A stretch of 64,000 nucleotides of DNA from Vulcanimicrobiota bacterium (GTDB taxonomy: Bacteria; Vulcanimicrobiota; Vulcanimicrobiia; Eremiobacterales; Eremiobacteraceae), in assembly GCA_963812135.1 (NCBI GenBank), contig CAWETU010000001.1, positions 384,001 through 448,000 of the forward strand. Reading direction: 5' to 3'. The position numbers were made by a program, and so were the translations under genes. Shown piece after piece: positions 1-10,674 of the stretch (within the stretch, counting starts at the first letter, position 1; each line of letters begins with the position of its first letter). The notes beneath the pieces were generated by a model. The model ran no database searches and was not told the origin of the DNA. It worked only from the letters and a program-made list of their open reading frames with translations.

Positions 1-2
1 CA

Positions 3-434
3 GTTGCCTTCAAAGAAGCGCTGCAGCCTGAGTTCGCGGACTACGCGCGCCAAGTGGTCAGCAACGCGAAGGCGCTGGCACAGAGTCTGCAATCGCATGG
101 GCTGCGCATCGTCACCGGCGGCACCGACAATCATCTGATGCTCGTGGACGTTTCGGTGCGCGGCCTGACCGGCAAGGACGTCGAGACCTACCTCGACGAG
201 ATCGGTATCACCGTCAACAAGAACACGATTCCGTTCGACAAGAATCCACCGACGGTCGCCAGCGGCATCCGCATCGGCACGCCGGCGATCACCACGCGCG
301 GCATGAAAGAAGCGCAGATGCGCGAGATCGCCGACATCATGGGCGCGGCGATGGACGACATCGCCTCGCGGGCGCACGTGGCGCGGCTGCGCGAGCGCGT
401 CTACGAACTGACCGCGCAGTTCGACGTGCCCTAA
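3..434 (+). CDS. glyA: Serine hydroxymethyltransferase, C-terminal part (5' end outside window)
   Basis: GGTDNHL, ITVNKNTIPFD and SGIRIGTPAITTRG motifs; frame open from the window edge. Confidence 0.96.
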   Translation, partial: VAFKEALQPEFADYARQVVSNAKALAQSLQSHGLRIVTGGTDNHLMLVDVSVRGLTGKDVETYLDEIGITVNKNTIPFDKNPPTVASGIRIGTPAITTRGMKEAQMREIADIMGAAMDDIASRAHVARLRERVYELTAQFDVP

Positions 435-445
435 AGCTGGACCCT

Positions 446-922
446 ATGAAAGAGATGTTGCCGCAGGTGCCCGAGCCGGCCGGTCACGATCGCCCGTCCT
501 GGGATGAGTACTTCATGGCGATCACGCGTGCCGTCGCGACGCGCGCGACGTGTTCGCGCCGCGCAGTCGGCGCGGTGATCGTCAAGGACAAGCGCATCCT
601 CGCAACCGGATACAACGGCGCGCCGATCGGCATGCGGCACTGCGACCACAGCGCCGGCGGCGACATGCGCGATGGCCATTGCGCGCGCTCCACGCACGCC
701 GAGCAGAACGCGCTGGTGCAAGCGGCGCGCCACGGGACGTCCATCGCCGGCGGCACGATGTACTGCACCGATCATCCGTGCTTGACATGCGCCAAGCTGA
801 TGATCAACGCCGGCCTGACCCGCATCGTGTACGAGGATTCATATCCGGACGACCTTGCCGCCGCGATGCTGCTGGAGGCGCGCGTGCAGCTCGATCGGCT
901 CACGGACCGGCGCACGTCGTGA
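446..922 (+). CDS. dCMP/cytidine deaminase family zinc-dependent protein (ComEB-like)
   Basis: RPSWDEYFM start, ATGYNGAP, HAEQN and PCLTC zinc motifs. Confidence 0.92.
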   Translation: MKEMLPQVPEPAGHDRPSWDEYFMAITRAVATRATCSRRAVGAVIVKDKRILATGYNGAPIGMRHCDHSAGGDMRDGHCARSTHAEQNALVQAARHGTSIAGGTMYCTDHPCLTCAKLMINAGLTRIVYEDSYPDDLAAAMLLEARVQLDRLTDRRTS

Positions 923-1974
923 TCGTGCTGGCTGCCGCCGCATTGCTGGCGGGGCCGATCCGCTTCAACGTCAGCATCTACGCGCTATGCATCGCGACGT
1001 TCGTGATCGCATTCGCGGCCTGCGCGCTCGTGACGCCGCTCGTGATCCGGGCCGCGATCCGCCTGGGTCATTTCGACGAACCGGACGGCGACCGTCGCAT
1101 CCACAGCGAGCCGACGCCGCGTTTAGGCGGCATCGCCATCTATCTCGGGTTCACGCTCGCGCTGTTCGTGACGCTCAACGTGGCCTTGAGCAACAACACG
1201 GTCATCAGCAAGTACCTGGACACGCCGGATCTCGCCAAGCTCATCGGGCTGCTCTTCGGCGGCACGCTCATGATGGGCGTCGGGCTGTGGGATGACGTGA
1301 TGAACATGCGCGCCCGCAATAAATTCATCGCGCAGTTCGCCGTCGCGCTGATCGCCGTGCTCTTCTATGGTTTCACGATCTATCATCTGCGCCTACCGCA
1401 CTTCGGGCTCGTCGAGCTCGGCTGGTTCGGCATCCCGTTCTCGCTGTTCTGGTACTTAGGAATGGTGAACGCCATCAATTTCCTGGACGGCCTCGACGGA
1501 CTGGTCGCCGGCTACACGACGATCGCGTGCATCGCGCTCACCGTCATCTCGCTGCTCAAAGGGCAGTATCTCGTGGCGATCACGACCTGCGCGCTGGCCG
1601 GCGCCGCAGCGGGGTTCTTGCCGTTCAACTACAGCCCTGCGCGCATCTTTATGGGCGACGGCGGTTCGCTCTTCATCGGGTTCGTGTTGGCGACCATCGG
1701 CGTGATGGGCACGGAAAAGCAAGCCGTCGCTATCTCGTTGGTCGTGCCGCTGCTGATCCTGGCGTTGCCGATCCTCGACACGGCAAAAGTCATCGCGCGA
1801 CGCTTGCACAAGGGCGCGCCTATCTCAGGGGCCGATCGCGAGCACGTGCATCATCAGCTGCTCGATCTCGGGCTGTCGCAACGTCAGGCGGTGCTGCTCA
1901 TCTACGCGGTCTGCGGCATCCTCGGCGTCGTCGCGATCGTGCTGTCCCTTCCCAAAGGGCCGCATATCTTTTGA
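919..1974 (+). CDS. wecA: Undecaprenyl-phosphate GlcNAc-1-phosphate transferase (WecA/TagO, MraY family)
   Basis: PTPRLGGIAI, GLWDD, NAINFLDGLDGL, IFMGDGGS and DREHVHH motifs; GTG start overlaps the upstream stop (GTGA). Confidence 0.9.
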   Translation: MIVLAAAALLAGPIRFNVSIYALCIATFVIAFAACALVTPLVIRAAIRLGHFDEPDGDRRIHSEPTPRLGGIAIYLGFTLALFVTLNVALSNNTVISKYLDTPDLAKLIGLLFGGTLMMGVGLWDDVMNMRARNKFIAQFAVALIAVLFYGFTIYHLRLPHFGLVELGWFGIPFSLFWYLGMVNAINFLDGLDGLVAGYTTIACIALTVISLLKGQYLVAITTCALAGAAAGFLPFNYSPARIFMGDGGSLFIGFVLATIGVMGTEKQAVAISLVVPLLILALPILDTAKVIARRLHKGAPISGADREHVHHQLLDLGLSQRQAVLLIYAVCGILGVVAIVLSLPKGPHIF

Positions 1975-3140
1975 TGTGTCCGCTCAAGGTCGCCGTCGTC
2001 TTCGGCACCCGGCCCGACGCGGTCAAGATGGCGCCGGTCGTCCACGCGCTCGCGCTCGACGCGCGCTTCGAATGCGTGCCGATCGCCACCGGGCAGCACC
2101 GCGAGTTGGCGGACGAAGTCCTCGCGCTGTTCGGAATCACGCCCGAGCACGATCTCGAGGTCATGACCGAGGGTCAGTCGCTCACCGAAGTGACCACGCG
2201 TGTCCTCGAACGCCTGTCACCGCTGTTGGAGGACGAGCGTCCCGATGTGGTCCTCGTCCACGGCGATACGTCCACCTCGACCGCCGCCGCTCTCGCTTCC
2301 TATTATAAGAAGATTCCCGTCGGGCACGTCGAGGCCGGGCTGCGCACCGACACCATCTACGAACCGTTTCCCGAGGAGATGAACCGCCGTATGACCGGCG
2401 TCATCGCGACCCATCATTTCGCGCCGACGCCGACCGCCCGTCAGAACCTGCTGCGCGAGGGCAAAGACCCGCGCAGCATCGTGGTCACCGGCAACACCGT
2501 GATCGACGCGTTCTTGTGGGTGCACGAGCGGATCACGCCCGACGACACGCCGGCGATCGCGACGAAACGCATGATCTTCGTCGAAGCGCACCGCCGGGAG
2601 AATCTCGGCGAGCCGTTTGAGGCCGTTTGCCGCGCGTTGCGATCGGTCGTGCGCGCCCATCCCGATGTGTCGCTGCTGTGGCCGGTCCACCCGAATCCCT
2701 CAGTCGTCGAAGTGGTGCGCCGCAATCTTGAAGGCCAAGACCGAGTCCATCTCGTGTCGCCGATGAGCTATCGCAAGCTGGTGGGTGCGATCGGTCGCTG
2801 CACGCTTGTGGCGACCGATTCGGGCGGACTGCAAGAAGAAGCGCCGTGCCTGGGCAAGCCGGTGCTCGTCTTGCGACGCGTCACCGAACGCCCCGAGGGC
2901 GTGGCCGCAGGCACGCTGCGCCTTGTCGGAACCGATGAAGCGACGATCGTCGCGGCGCACAACGAACTGCTCGATGATGATGCCGCGTATCAGCGTATGG
3001 CCCACGCCGCGAATCCGTACGGCGACGGGCAGGCCGCGCGACGCATCGCCGACGCGCTGTGGGCGTTCCATCGCAACGGCGCGCTGCCCGACGAATTCGA
3101 TCCTTCGCTGCCGCCGACGCTGCCGTCCGCGGCGCGATGA
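1974..3140 (+). CDS. wecB: UDP-N-acetylglucosamine 2-epimerase (non-hydrolysing)
   Basis: VFGTRP, TGQH, VHGDT, HVEAGLR, PFPEEMNR, TDSGGLQEEAP, NPYGDG. Confidence 0.95.
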   Translation: MCPLKVAVVFGTRPDAVKMAPVVHALALDARFECVPIATGQHRELADEVLALFGITPEHDLEVMTEGQSLTEVTTRVLERLSPLLEDERPDVVLVHGDTSTSTAAALASYYKKIPVGHVEAGLRTDTIYEPFPEEMNRRMTGVIATHHFAPTPTARQNLLREGKDPRSIVVTGNTVIDAFLWVHERITPDDTPAIATKRMIFVEAHRRENLGEPFEAVCRALRSVVRAHPDVSLLWPVHPNPSVVEVVRRNLEGQDRVHLVSPMSYRKLVGAIGRCTLVATDSGGLQEEAPCLGKPVLVLRRVTERPEGVAAGTLRLVGTDEATIVAAHNELLDDDAAYQRMAHAANPYGDGQAARRIADALWAFHRNGALPDEFDPSLPPTLPSAAR

Positions 3141-3337
3141 GCGGCAAGCCGCCGCTCTCGCTCGCCAGTCTTGGCGCCATCGGTTTTTCGCTGATCGCCA
3201 ACGTCATCGCCGGCGGGCTGCTTGGGTTCGCGGCGTACAAATTTCTCAACTGGGGATGGGCGGTGCCGGTCGGCATCCTCGTCGGCTTCGTCTCCGGTTT
3301 CTTGTCGATGTTCCGCCAACTCAGCCAGTTGCAATAG
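3137..3337 (+). CDS. atpZ: AtpZ/AtpI family small membrane protein
   Basis: 66 aa two-helix protein at the head of the atp operon; ATGA overlap with the wecB stop. Confidence 0.7.
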   Translation: MSGKPPLSLASLGAIGFSLIANVIAGGLLGFAAYKFLNWGWAVPVGILVGFVSGFLSMFRQLSQLQ

Positions 3338-3394
3338 CGCGAGCGTTCGCGGGGGAGGCCCCGTTCCGGAACCGCACGAAACAGCGCTATTCCT

Positions 3395-3811
3395 ATGGAA
3401 GGCTTCCGCACGTTCCAGGCAGCGGTGGCGTCGCGCAGTCTGGTGGTCGGGGCTATCGCTGCGGTCGCGTTGGCATTGGGCCATCAGTACCTGCCGGCGG
3501 TTGCGCTTATCGCCGGCGTCCTCATCGGCCTGGCCTATCTTTTCCATATCGCTACAAGCTTCAACCGGCTGGTGAAAGGCGGCAAGCGCTATTTGCCGTT
3601 CCTGACTATCGAGTCGGTGCTGCGGGTGCTGCTGGCCGGCGCCGCGCCGTTCTTCATCGTCGGCCGCGGTCCCGCGCTGGGGTATTTCAGCTACCTTGCC
3701 GGATTTGTCGCACCGCTTGCAGCGGCGATAATCACCTACAAGAATAGAATCGATGTCGAGTCTGCCCAAACGCGCCGGACCGACGACGGCGTCACGTCGA
3801 TCGCCGGCTGA
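3395..3811 (+). CDS. atpI: ATP synthase protein I-like membrane protein
   Basis: About four TM segments with LRVLL motif; directly upstream of atpB. Confidence 0.7.
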   Translation: MEGFRTFQAAVASRSLVVGAIAAVALALGHQYLPAVALIAGVLIGLAYLFHIATSFNRLVKGGKRYLPFLTIESVLRVLLAGAAPFFIVGRGPALGYFSYLAGFVAPLAAAIITYKNRIDVESAQTRRTDDGVTSIAG

Positions 3812-3819
3812 AGGAGACG

Positions 3820-4545
3820 ATGCACGAGACGATCGGGGAACATCCGCTCTGGCGGATCCCCTTCCTGCCTGGCAGCCTCAGCACCGTTCACGCAGACACG
3901 GTGCTCATCACGTGGCTCGCTATGGCGATCGTCTTGGTGGCGCTCGGCGGGCTCGCCCGTCTGCACCCGGTCACGCAGCTCACCAAGCGCTACACGATGC
4001 TCGAACTCATCGTGTCCGCGCTGAGCAATCAGGTGGAGACGATTCTCGGACGCAACGGCGTGCCGTTCGTGCCGTTCATCATCTCGCTGTTCCTGTTTAT
4101 CTTCGTGATGAACGAGATCGGGGTCATACCGTTCGTCGGCAAGTCGCCGACCGCCGACCTCAACACGACCGCAGCGCTTGCGCTCTTCGCGATCGGCCTG
4201 GTCTGGGGCGTCGGCATCTATCGCAAAGGGCTCGGATACTTCGGGCATCTGGTCATTCGGCCGCTCGGGTTGGGGATCCCGATGTTGCCGATCATGATCA
4301 TCGACGAATTGGCCCGCCCCGTCACGCTTGCGATGCGGCTGTTCGGCAACATCTTCGCGGGCGAGGTGCTGTTGCTCGTGGTAGCCGCCGTGATCGCCGC
4401 GCATCTCGGAGCACTGTCGGTCGCGGCGACCGGTCTGCCGATCCTGGTCTACGCATTCAATTTGATCATAGGCGCGATCCAAGCGCTCGTATTCACGCTA
4501 CTGACAATCGCATACCTTATCGCACCGACCTCTGACGAGCACTAA
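3820..4545 (+). CDS. atpB: F0F1 ATP synthase subunit a
   Basis: SPTADLNTT, LAMRLFGNIFAGE, IQALVFTLL; AAGGAG RBS. Confidence 0.97.
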   Translation: MHETIGEHPLWRIPFLPGSLSTVHADTVLITWLAMAIVLVALGGLARLHPVTQLTKRYTMLELIVSALSNQVETILGRNGVPFVPFIISLFLFIFVMNEIGVIPFVGKSPTADLNTTAALALFAIGLVWGVGIYRKGLGYFGHLVIRPLGLGIPMLPIMIIDELARPVTLAMRLFGNIFAGEVLLLVVAAVIAAHLGALSVAATGLPILVYAFNLIIGAIQALVFTLLTIAYLIAPTSDEH

Positions 4546-4554
4546 GGAGCAGAC

Positions 4555-4839
4555 ATGGAAAACACTATTCTCGTCGCCACGGTCATCATGGCCTTCGCCC
4601 TGATGGTCGGATTCGCGGCGTTCGGTTCCGCGATCGGCGACGGCATCATCGGCAGCAAGGCCGTCGAATCGATCGCGCGCCAGCCCGAAGCACGCGGAAA
4701 TATTTTCTTCTTCTACTTCCTCGGCTTCGGGATCCTGGAGGCGTTCCCGATCATCGCGATCGCGCTCGCCTTCTTCCTGGTGATCGGCGGCGGCGGCTTC
4801 GGCGTGTTCTCGCAGCTCAAGCCGTTGCTCCCGCACTAA
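4555..4839 (+). CDS. atpE: F0F1 ATP synthase subunit c
   Basis: ARQPEA loop, conserved Glu in LEAF; TAAGGAG RBS. Confidence 0.96.
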   Translation: MENTILVATVIMAFALMVGFAAFGSAIGDGIIGSKAVESIARQPEARGNIFFFYFLGFGILEAFPIIAIALAFFLVIGGGGFGVFSQLKPLLPH

Positions 4840-4846
4840 ACGCGAC

Positions 4847-5281
4847 ATGCTGCTCTCGTTCGACGGCACGCTCCTCGTCCAGATCCTGAACTTCGTGGTG
4901 TTCTGGGTGCTCCTGAACTATCTGTTCATCGCGCCGACCCGCAAGGCGATCGAAGCGCGTCAGCGCTTCATCGCCGAGCAGTACGCGCAAGCCGACGCGC
5001 TCGCCGCGCAAGCGCGGGATCTGCAGGCGCAGGCGGACGCGACGCTCGACGAGGCGCGCCGCACCGTCGATGAAGCGATGCGTGCCGCGGCGACCCAAGC
5101 GTCGGACGAAGTCCACGCGATCGAGCGGAAAGCCTCGGAGGAGGCGGCGGCCGCCGTGACCCGCGCGCACGCAACGGTCGAGGACGAACGCGCGCAAGCG
5201 ATCTCGAAGCAGGGGCCGTTCGTCGACGAGCTCGCCCGCACGATGGCACAGCGCGCGCTGAGCATCGAGCAGGTGGCGTAA
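4847..5281 (+). CDS. atpF2: F0F1 ATP synthase subunit b' (first of two b paralogs)
   Basis: DGTLLVQILNFVVFWVLLNYLFIAP anchor followed by Ala/Glu/Gln coiled coil. Confidence 0.88.
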   Translation: MLLSFDGTLLVQILNFVVFWVLLNYLFIAPTRKAIEARQRFIAEQYAQADALAAQARDLQAQADATLDEARRTVDEAMRAAATQASDEVHAIERKASEEAAAAVTRAHATVEDERAQAISKQGPFVDELARTMAQRALSIEQVA

Positions 5282-5282
5282 G

Positions 5283-5780
5283 GTGGACTTCTCTACCTTC
5301 ACGGATCCGATCTTCATCGCGAAAGTCATCGACTTCGCGCTGTTGGTCGGTGTGATCGCGTTCCTGTATCAACGCGTCGGCAGGGTTGGCTCGCCGCGCA
5401 GCAAGAGGCGCAGAACAAGGCCGTTGAAGACGCTGTCGCGGAGCGCGTCGCGGCTGAGAAGGCCGTCGCAGACAGCGACCCAAGCAATCGTGCAGGCGAA
5501 GATCGATGCGGCGCGCATGCTCGAGACCGGCAAAGCGCAGGCTGCGCGTCTGATCGTCGAGGAGCGCAACGCGGCCTTGGATCACGCGCAGCGCATCTTG
5601 GCCCACGCCAACGGCGAGCTCGAACGCGAACGCTATCGCGTGCGCATCGAGCTGCTCGAGGACACCGTGGAGCGCGCGACGTCTCACGCGCGCGACATCA
5701 TCAAGCGCGACGTCACGCCCGCGAAGCAGCACGAGCTGGTCGAAGGCCTGCTGGGCGGTCTCGAGGCGCGGCGTGCTTAA
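5283..5780 (+). CDS. atpF: F0F1 ATP synthase subunit b (internal ~30 codons appear out of frame between two compensating indels)
   Basis: N-terminal TM and C-terminal coiled coil; 5385-5474 reads WLAAQQEAQNKAVEDAVAERVAAEKAVAD in the alternate frame. Confidence 0.85.
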   Translation: MDFSTFTDPIFIAKVIDFALLVGVIAFLYQRVGRVGSPRSKRRRTRPLKTLSRSASRLRRPSQTATQAIVQAKIDAARMLETGKAQAARLIVEERNAALDHAQRILAHANGELERERYRVRIELLEDTVERATSHARDIIKRDVTPAKQHELVEGLLGGLEARRA

Positions 5781-6357
5781 GGAGACGATCGCGCGCCGCT
5801 ACTCCGCCGCGCTCTTCGCGCTCGCAACTGAAGACAAGTCGCAGCGCAAGACCGTCGAGGAGCTCGACGCGTTCGTCCATGCGCTCGAGGAAGACCCGGA
5901 TCTCGCGCGCTTCTACGAATCGCCCGTCATCGACCGCGGCGCCAAACAGCAGATGTTGGTGGCCGCGCTCGCGGGCGCGAGCGAGCTCGTCACCAACTTC
6001 ATCATTTTGCTCGTGCGCAAGCGCCGCGAAAACCTTATCCGCATCGTCGCGCGCCAGATGCACGAGCTGCTCGACAATTTCACCGGCAGAGAACATGCGG
6101 TTATCGACACGCCGTCGCCGATGGGCGCGGAAGAGCTCGCCGAGCTCGCGCGCCGGCTCTCATCGGTCTACCAGCGGACCATCGTGCCCGAAGTGAAGGT
6201 CCAGCCGGCGCTGCTCGGCGGCATCACGGTGCAGGTCGGGGATCGCTATGTCGACGCCAGCGTCTCCGGAAAACTCGAAGAATTACGCCGCCACTTGCTC
6301 GCCAGCGCGGATGCGTGGCCCGCCACGTCAACCAACGGAAAGCGAACGGTCGAATGA
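5773..6357 (+). CDS. atpH: F0F1 ATP synthase subunit delta
   Basis: IARRYSAALF, NFIILLVRKRR, LLGGITVQVGDRYVDASV. Confidence 0.95.
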   Translation: MLKETIARRYSAALFALATEDKSQRKTVEELDAFVHALEEDPDLARFYESPVIDRGAKQQMLVAALAGASELVTNFIILLVRKRRENLIRIVARQMHELLDNFTGREHAVIDTPSPMGAEELAELARRLSSVYQRTIVPEVKVQPALLGGITVQVGDRYVDASVSGKLEELRRHLLASADAWPATSTNGKRTVE

Positions 6358-6371
6358 ATTCGACCGCTACA
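6346..6371 (-). repeat. GTAG-type REP-like palindrome, copy 1 (TGTAGCGGTCGAATTCATTCGACCGT)
   Basis: CGGTCGA-N6-TCGACCG inverted repeat followed by CTACA; near-identical copies at 12033 and 13049. Confidence 0.7.
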
Positions 6372-6381
6372 GGGGATTGAA

Positions 6382-7893
6382 ATGATCAACGCCGACGAAA
6401 TCGCCGGAATACTCAAACAGCAGATCAAGAGCGCGCGCACCGAGGTGCACGAGGACGAGGTCGGCACCGTCATCGAGGTGGGCGACTCGATCGCGCGCAT
6501 CTATGGCCTGAGCGCGGCCGAAGCCGGTGAACTCGTGCAGTTCCCCAACGGCTTGTTCGGCATCGTGTTCAATCTGGAAGAAGACAACGTCGGCGTCGTC
6601 ATCATGGGTCCCGACAACGACATCAAAGAAGGCGACACGGTGCGCCGCACCAAGCGCATCGTCTCGGTCCCCGTCGGCGAAGGCGTCATCGGCCGCGTCG
6701 TCAATCCGCTCGGCCAGCCGCTCGACGACAAAGGCCCGGTCAACACGACACGCACGCGTCCGCTCGAGACGCAAGCGCCGAACGTCGTGCAGCGGCAGAG
6801 CGTGCACGAGCCGTTGCAGACCGGCATCAAGGCGATCGACGGCCTCATCCCGATCGGCAAGGGCCAGCGCGAGCTGATTATCGGCGACCGGCAAACGGGC
6901 AAGACAGCGATCGCGCTCGACGCGATCATCAACCAGAAGGGCAAAGACGTCATCTGCATCTATGTGGCGATCGGCCAGAAGACGTCGACCGTCGCGCAGA
7001 TCTACAAGATCCTCACCGACGCCGGCGCGATGGACTACACGACCATCGTCGCGGCGAACGCGGCTGACCCGGCGAGCCTCCGTTACATCGCGCCATACGC
7101 CGGCTGCGCCATGGGCCAAGAGCTGATGTACGCGGGCAAACACGTGTTGATCATCTACGACGATCTTTCCAAGCACGCGCAAGCGTATCGCGAGATCTCA
7201 CTCGTGCTGCGTCGGCCGCCCGGGCGCGAAGCATACCCCGGCGATATCTTCTACCTGCACTCGCGCCTGCTCGAGCGCGCCGCGAAGCTCTCGGACGAGC
7301 TCGGCGCCGGTTCCATGACCGCGTTGCCCGTCATCGAGACGCAGCAGGGCGACGTGTCGGCGTACATCCCGACGAATCTGATCTCCATCACGGATGGCCA
7401 GATCTACCTCGACACCAACCTGTTCTATCAAGGCATCCGGCCCGCGATCGACGTCGGCTTGTCGGTGTCGCGCGTCGGCGGCAACGCGCAGACCAAGGCG
7501 ATGAAAGCCGTTGCCGGCGCGCTGCGCCTCGAGCTCTCGCAGTACCGCGATCTCGCGGCGTTCTCGAAGCTCTCGTCAGATCTGGATAAGGCGACCCAAG
7601 CGCAGCTCTCGCGCGGCGAAAAAGTCACCGAGACGCTGAAGCAGCCGCAGTTCGAGCCGCTCGACCTCGATAAGCAGGTGATCCAGATCTACGTCGCCGT
7701 CAACGACTATCTGGCGGACATCCCGACCGACCGCGTGCGCGAATTCCAAAAGCAGTTCTACGAGTTCTTGCAGACGGCGCACCCGGATATCCCGAAATTC
7801 ATCACCGAGCGCAAGGAGCTCAACGACGACATCAAGGCGAAGCTCAACGCCGCGATCGTCGAATTCAAGCAGCGCTTCAAGGCGACCGCATAA
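6382..7893 (+). CDS. atpA: F0F1 ATP synthase subunit alpha
   Basis: GDRQTGKT Walker [18 protein letters not shown]. Confidence 0.99.
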   Translation: MINADEIAGILKQQIKSARTEVHEDEVGTVIEVGDSIARIYGLSAAEAGELVQFPNGLFGIVFNLEEDNVGVVIMGPDNDIKEGDTVRRTKRIVSVPVGEGVIGRVVNPLGQPLDDKGPVNTTRTRPLETQAPNVVQRQSVHEPLQTGIKAIDGLIPIGKGQRELIIGDRQTGKTAIALDAIINQKGKDVICIYVAIGQKTSTVAQIYKILTDAGAMDYTTIVAANAADPASLRYIAPYAGCAMGQELMYAGKHVLIIYDDLSKHAQAYREISLVLRRPPGREAYPGDIFYLHSRLLERAAKLSDELGAGSMTALPVIETQQGDVSAYIPTNLISITDGQIYLDTNLFYQGIRPAIDVGLSVSRVGGNAQTKAMKAVAGALRLELSQYRDLAAFSKLSSDLDKATQAQLSRGEKVTETLKQPQFEPLDLDKQVIQIYVAVNDYLADIPTDRVREFQKQFYEFLQTAHPDIPKFITERKELNDDIKAKLNAAIVEFKQRFKATA

Positions 7894-7896
7894 CGC

Positions 7897-8796
7897 ATGC
7901 CCACGCTCCGTCAACTGCGCGATCGCGTCAAGTCGCTCAAGAACACCCAGCAGATCACGCGCGCCATGAAGATGGTGGCGGGCGCGAAGATCCGCCGGGC
8001 GGAGCTCGAGATGCGCGCCGCGCGCCCGTACGCGGCGGCGATCGGCGAGATGCTGACGCAGTTGGCATCGTCAGGCGGTAGCAGCCTCAGCCATCCGCTG
8101 TTGGAATCGCGCGCGGTGAAGACGCGCGGCATCTTGCTGATGACCGCCGACAAAGGACTGGCGGGCGCGTTCAACTCGAACCTGGTGCGCGAGGCGCTCG
8201 TGCAGGCGCGCCGGCAACCGCAGGCCGAGTTACCGGCTGAGCTGCCCTTCCCTTTGACGTCTCCAGTAAAACTGTTCCTCGTCGGGACGAAGGGGCGCAC
8301 GCAGCTGCGGCGGGCGCCGTATGAAACGGCGGTCTCGTGGCCGCTGCTCGGCAAGCCGTTCGCCGAACTCGCGAAAGAGGTCGCGGCCAATGTGTCCGAG
8401 GCGTTCACGTCCGGCGCCGTCGATTCAGTGACGCTGGTCTCGAGCCGTTTCGTCAGCACACTCGTGCAACGTCCGACGGCCATGCCGTTGCTGCCGATCG
8501 CGGCCGCCGGCGCGGCGCCGCGCGATGCGTCGAAGAACTCGTTCGAATTCGAGCCCGACGTCACATCGGTGCTGACCGCGCTGCTGCCGAAATATCTGGA
8601 ATTCACGATCTTCCAAGCCTTGCTCGAGACGCAGGCATCGGAGTTCGCGGCGCGCCTGATCGCCATGACCAACGCGACCGACAACGCGGGCAAGCTGATC
8701 GACGAGATCACGCTGCTCATGAACAAGACGCGTCAAGCGTCGATCACCAAAGAGATCCTCGAGATCGTCGGCGGCGCCGAAGCTTTGAAGGGATAA
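7897..8796 (+). CDS. atpG: F0F1 ATP synthase subunit gamma
   Basis: ITRAMKMVA, DKGLAGAFN, AMTNATDNA, RQASITKEILEI. Confidence 0.97.
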   Translation: MPTLRQLRDRVKSLKNTQQITRAMKMVAGAKIRRAELEMRAARPYAAAIGEMLTQLASSGGSSLSHPLLESRAVKTRGILLMTADKGLAGAFNSNLVREALVQARRQPQAELPAELPFPLTSPVKLFLVGTKGRTQLRRAPYETAVSWPLLGKPFAELAKEVAANVSEAFTSGAVDSVTLVSSRFVSTLVQRPTAMPLLPIAAAGAAPRDASKNSFEFEPDVTSVLTALLPKYLEFTIFQALLETQASEFAARLIAMTNATDNAGKLIDEITLLMNKTRQASITKEILEIVGGAEALKG

Positions 8797-10224
<1,428 letters not shown>

Positions 10225-10230
10225 CGGATC

Positions 10231-10674
10231 GTGGCGACGACCACCCATCTCTCGATCGTGACGCCGTCGTCGACGAAATTCGACGGTCCGGCGGAGATCG
10301 TCGTCGCGCCGGGCGCCGCCGGCGATCTGGCGGCGCTGCCCAACCATGCGCCCATGCTGACGACGCTGCGCATCGGAGTCGTGAATGCGGGCGTCTACGA
10401 TAGTACGTCCGGTGAGACGGCCTCAGGTCCAGCCACCGCGCGCGTGGCGTTCGCCGTCGACGGTGGGTTCATGGAGGTCTTGCCGGACCGGGTCATCGTG
10501 CTGACGGACGCCGCCCTCTCAAAGGATGAGGTGGACGTCGAGGCGACGCGCGCCGAGCTCCAGCGGGCCGAGGAAGCGCTCGCGCAGAAGACAGCCGCTG
10601 ATGATTCCCGAGAACGTCGTGCTGTGGCATGGGCGCGTGCCAAGCTTGAGGTCGCCGGCCGCGCCATCGACTAG
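10231..10674 (+). CDS. atpC: F0F1 ATP synthase subunit epsilon
   Basis: IVTP, LPNHAPMLTTL, AVDGGFMEV. Confidence 0.95.
   Translation: MATTTHLSIVTPSSTKFDGPAEIVVAPGAAGDLAALPNHAPMLTTLRIGVVNAGVYDSTSGETASGPATARVAFAVDGGFMEVLPDRVIVLTDAALSKDEVDVEATRAELQRAEEALAQKTAADDSRERRAVAWARAKLEVAGRAID

Noticed and set aside
550..3140. Long N-terminal extensions of wecA and wecB (likewise cbs, pmbA, sorA and the EAL gene)
   Set aside because: They overlap upstream genes in other frames; downstream starts with stop overlaps or RBS fit the domain boundaries
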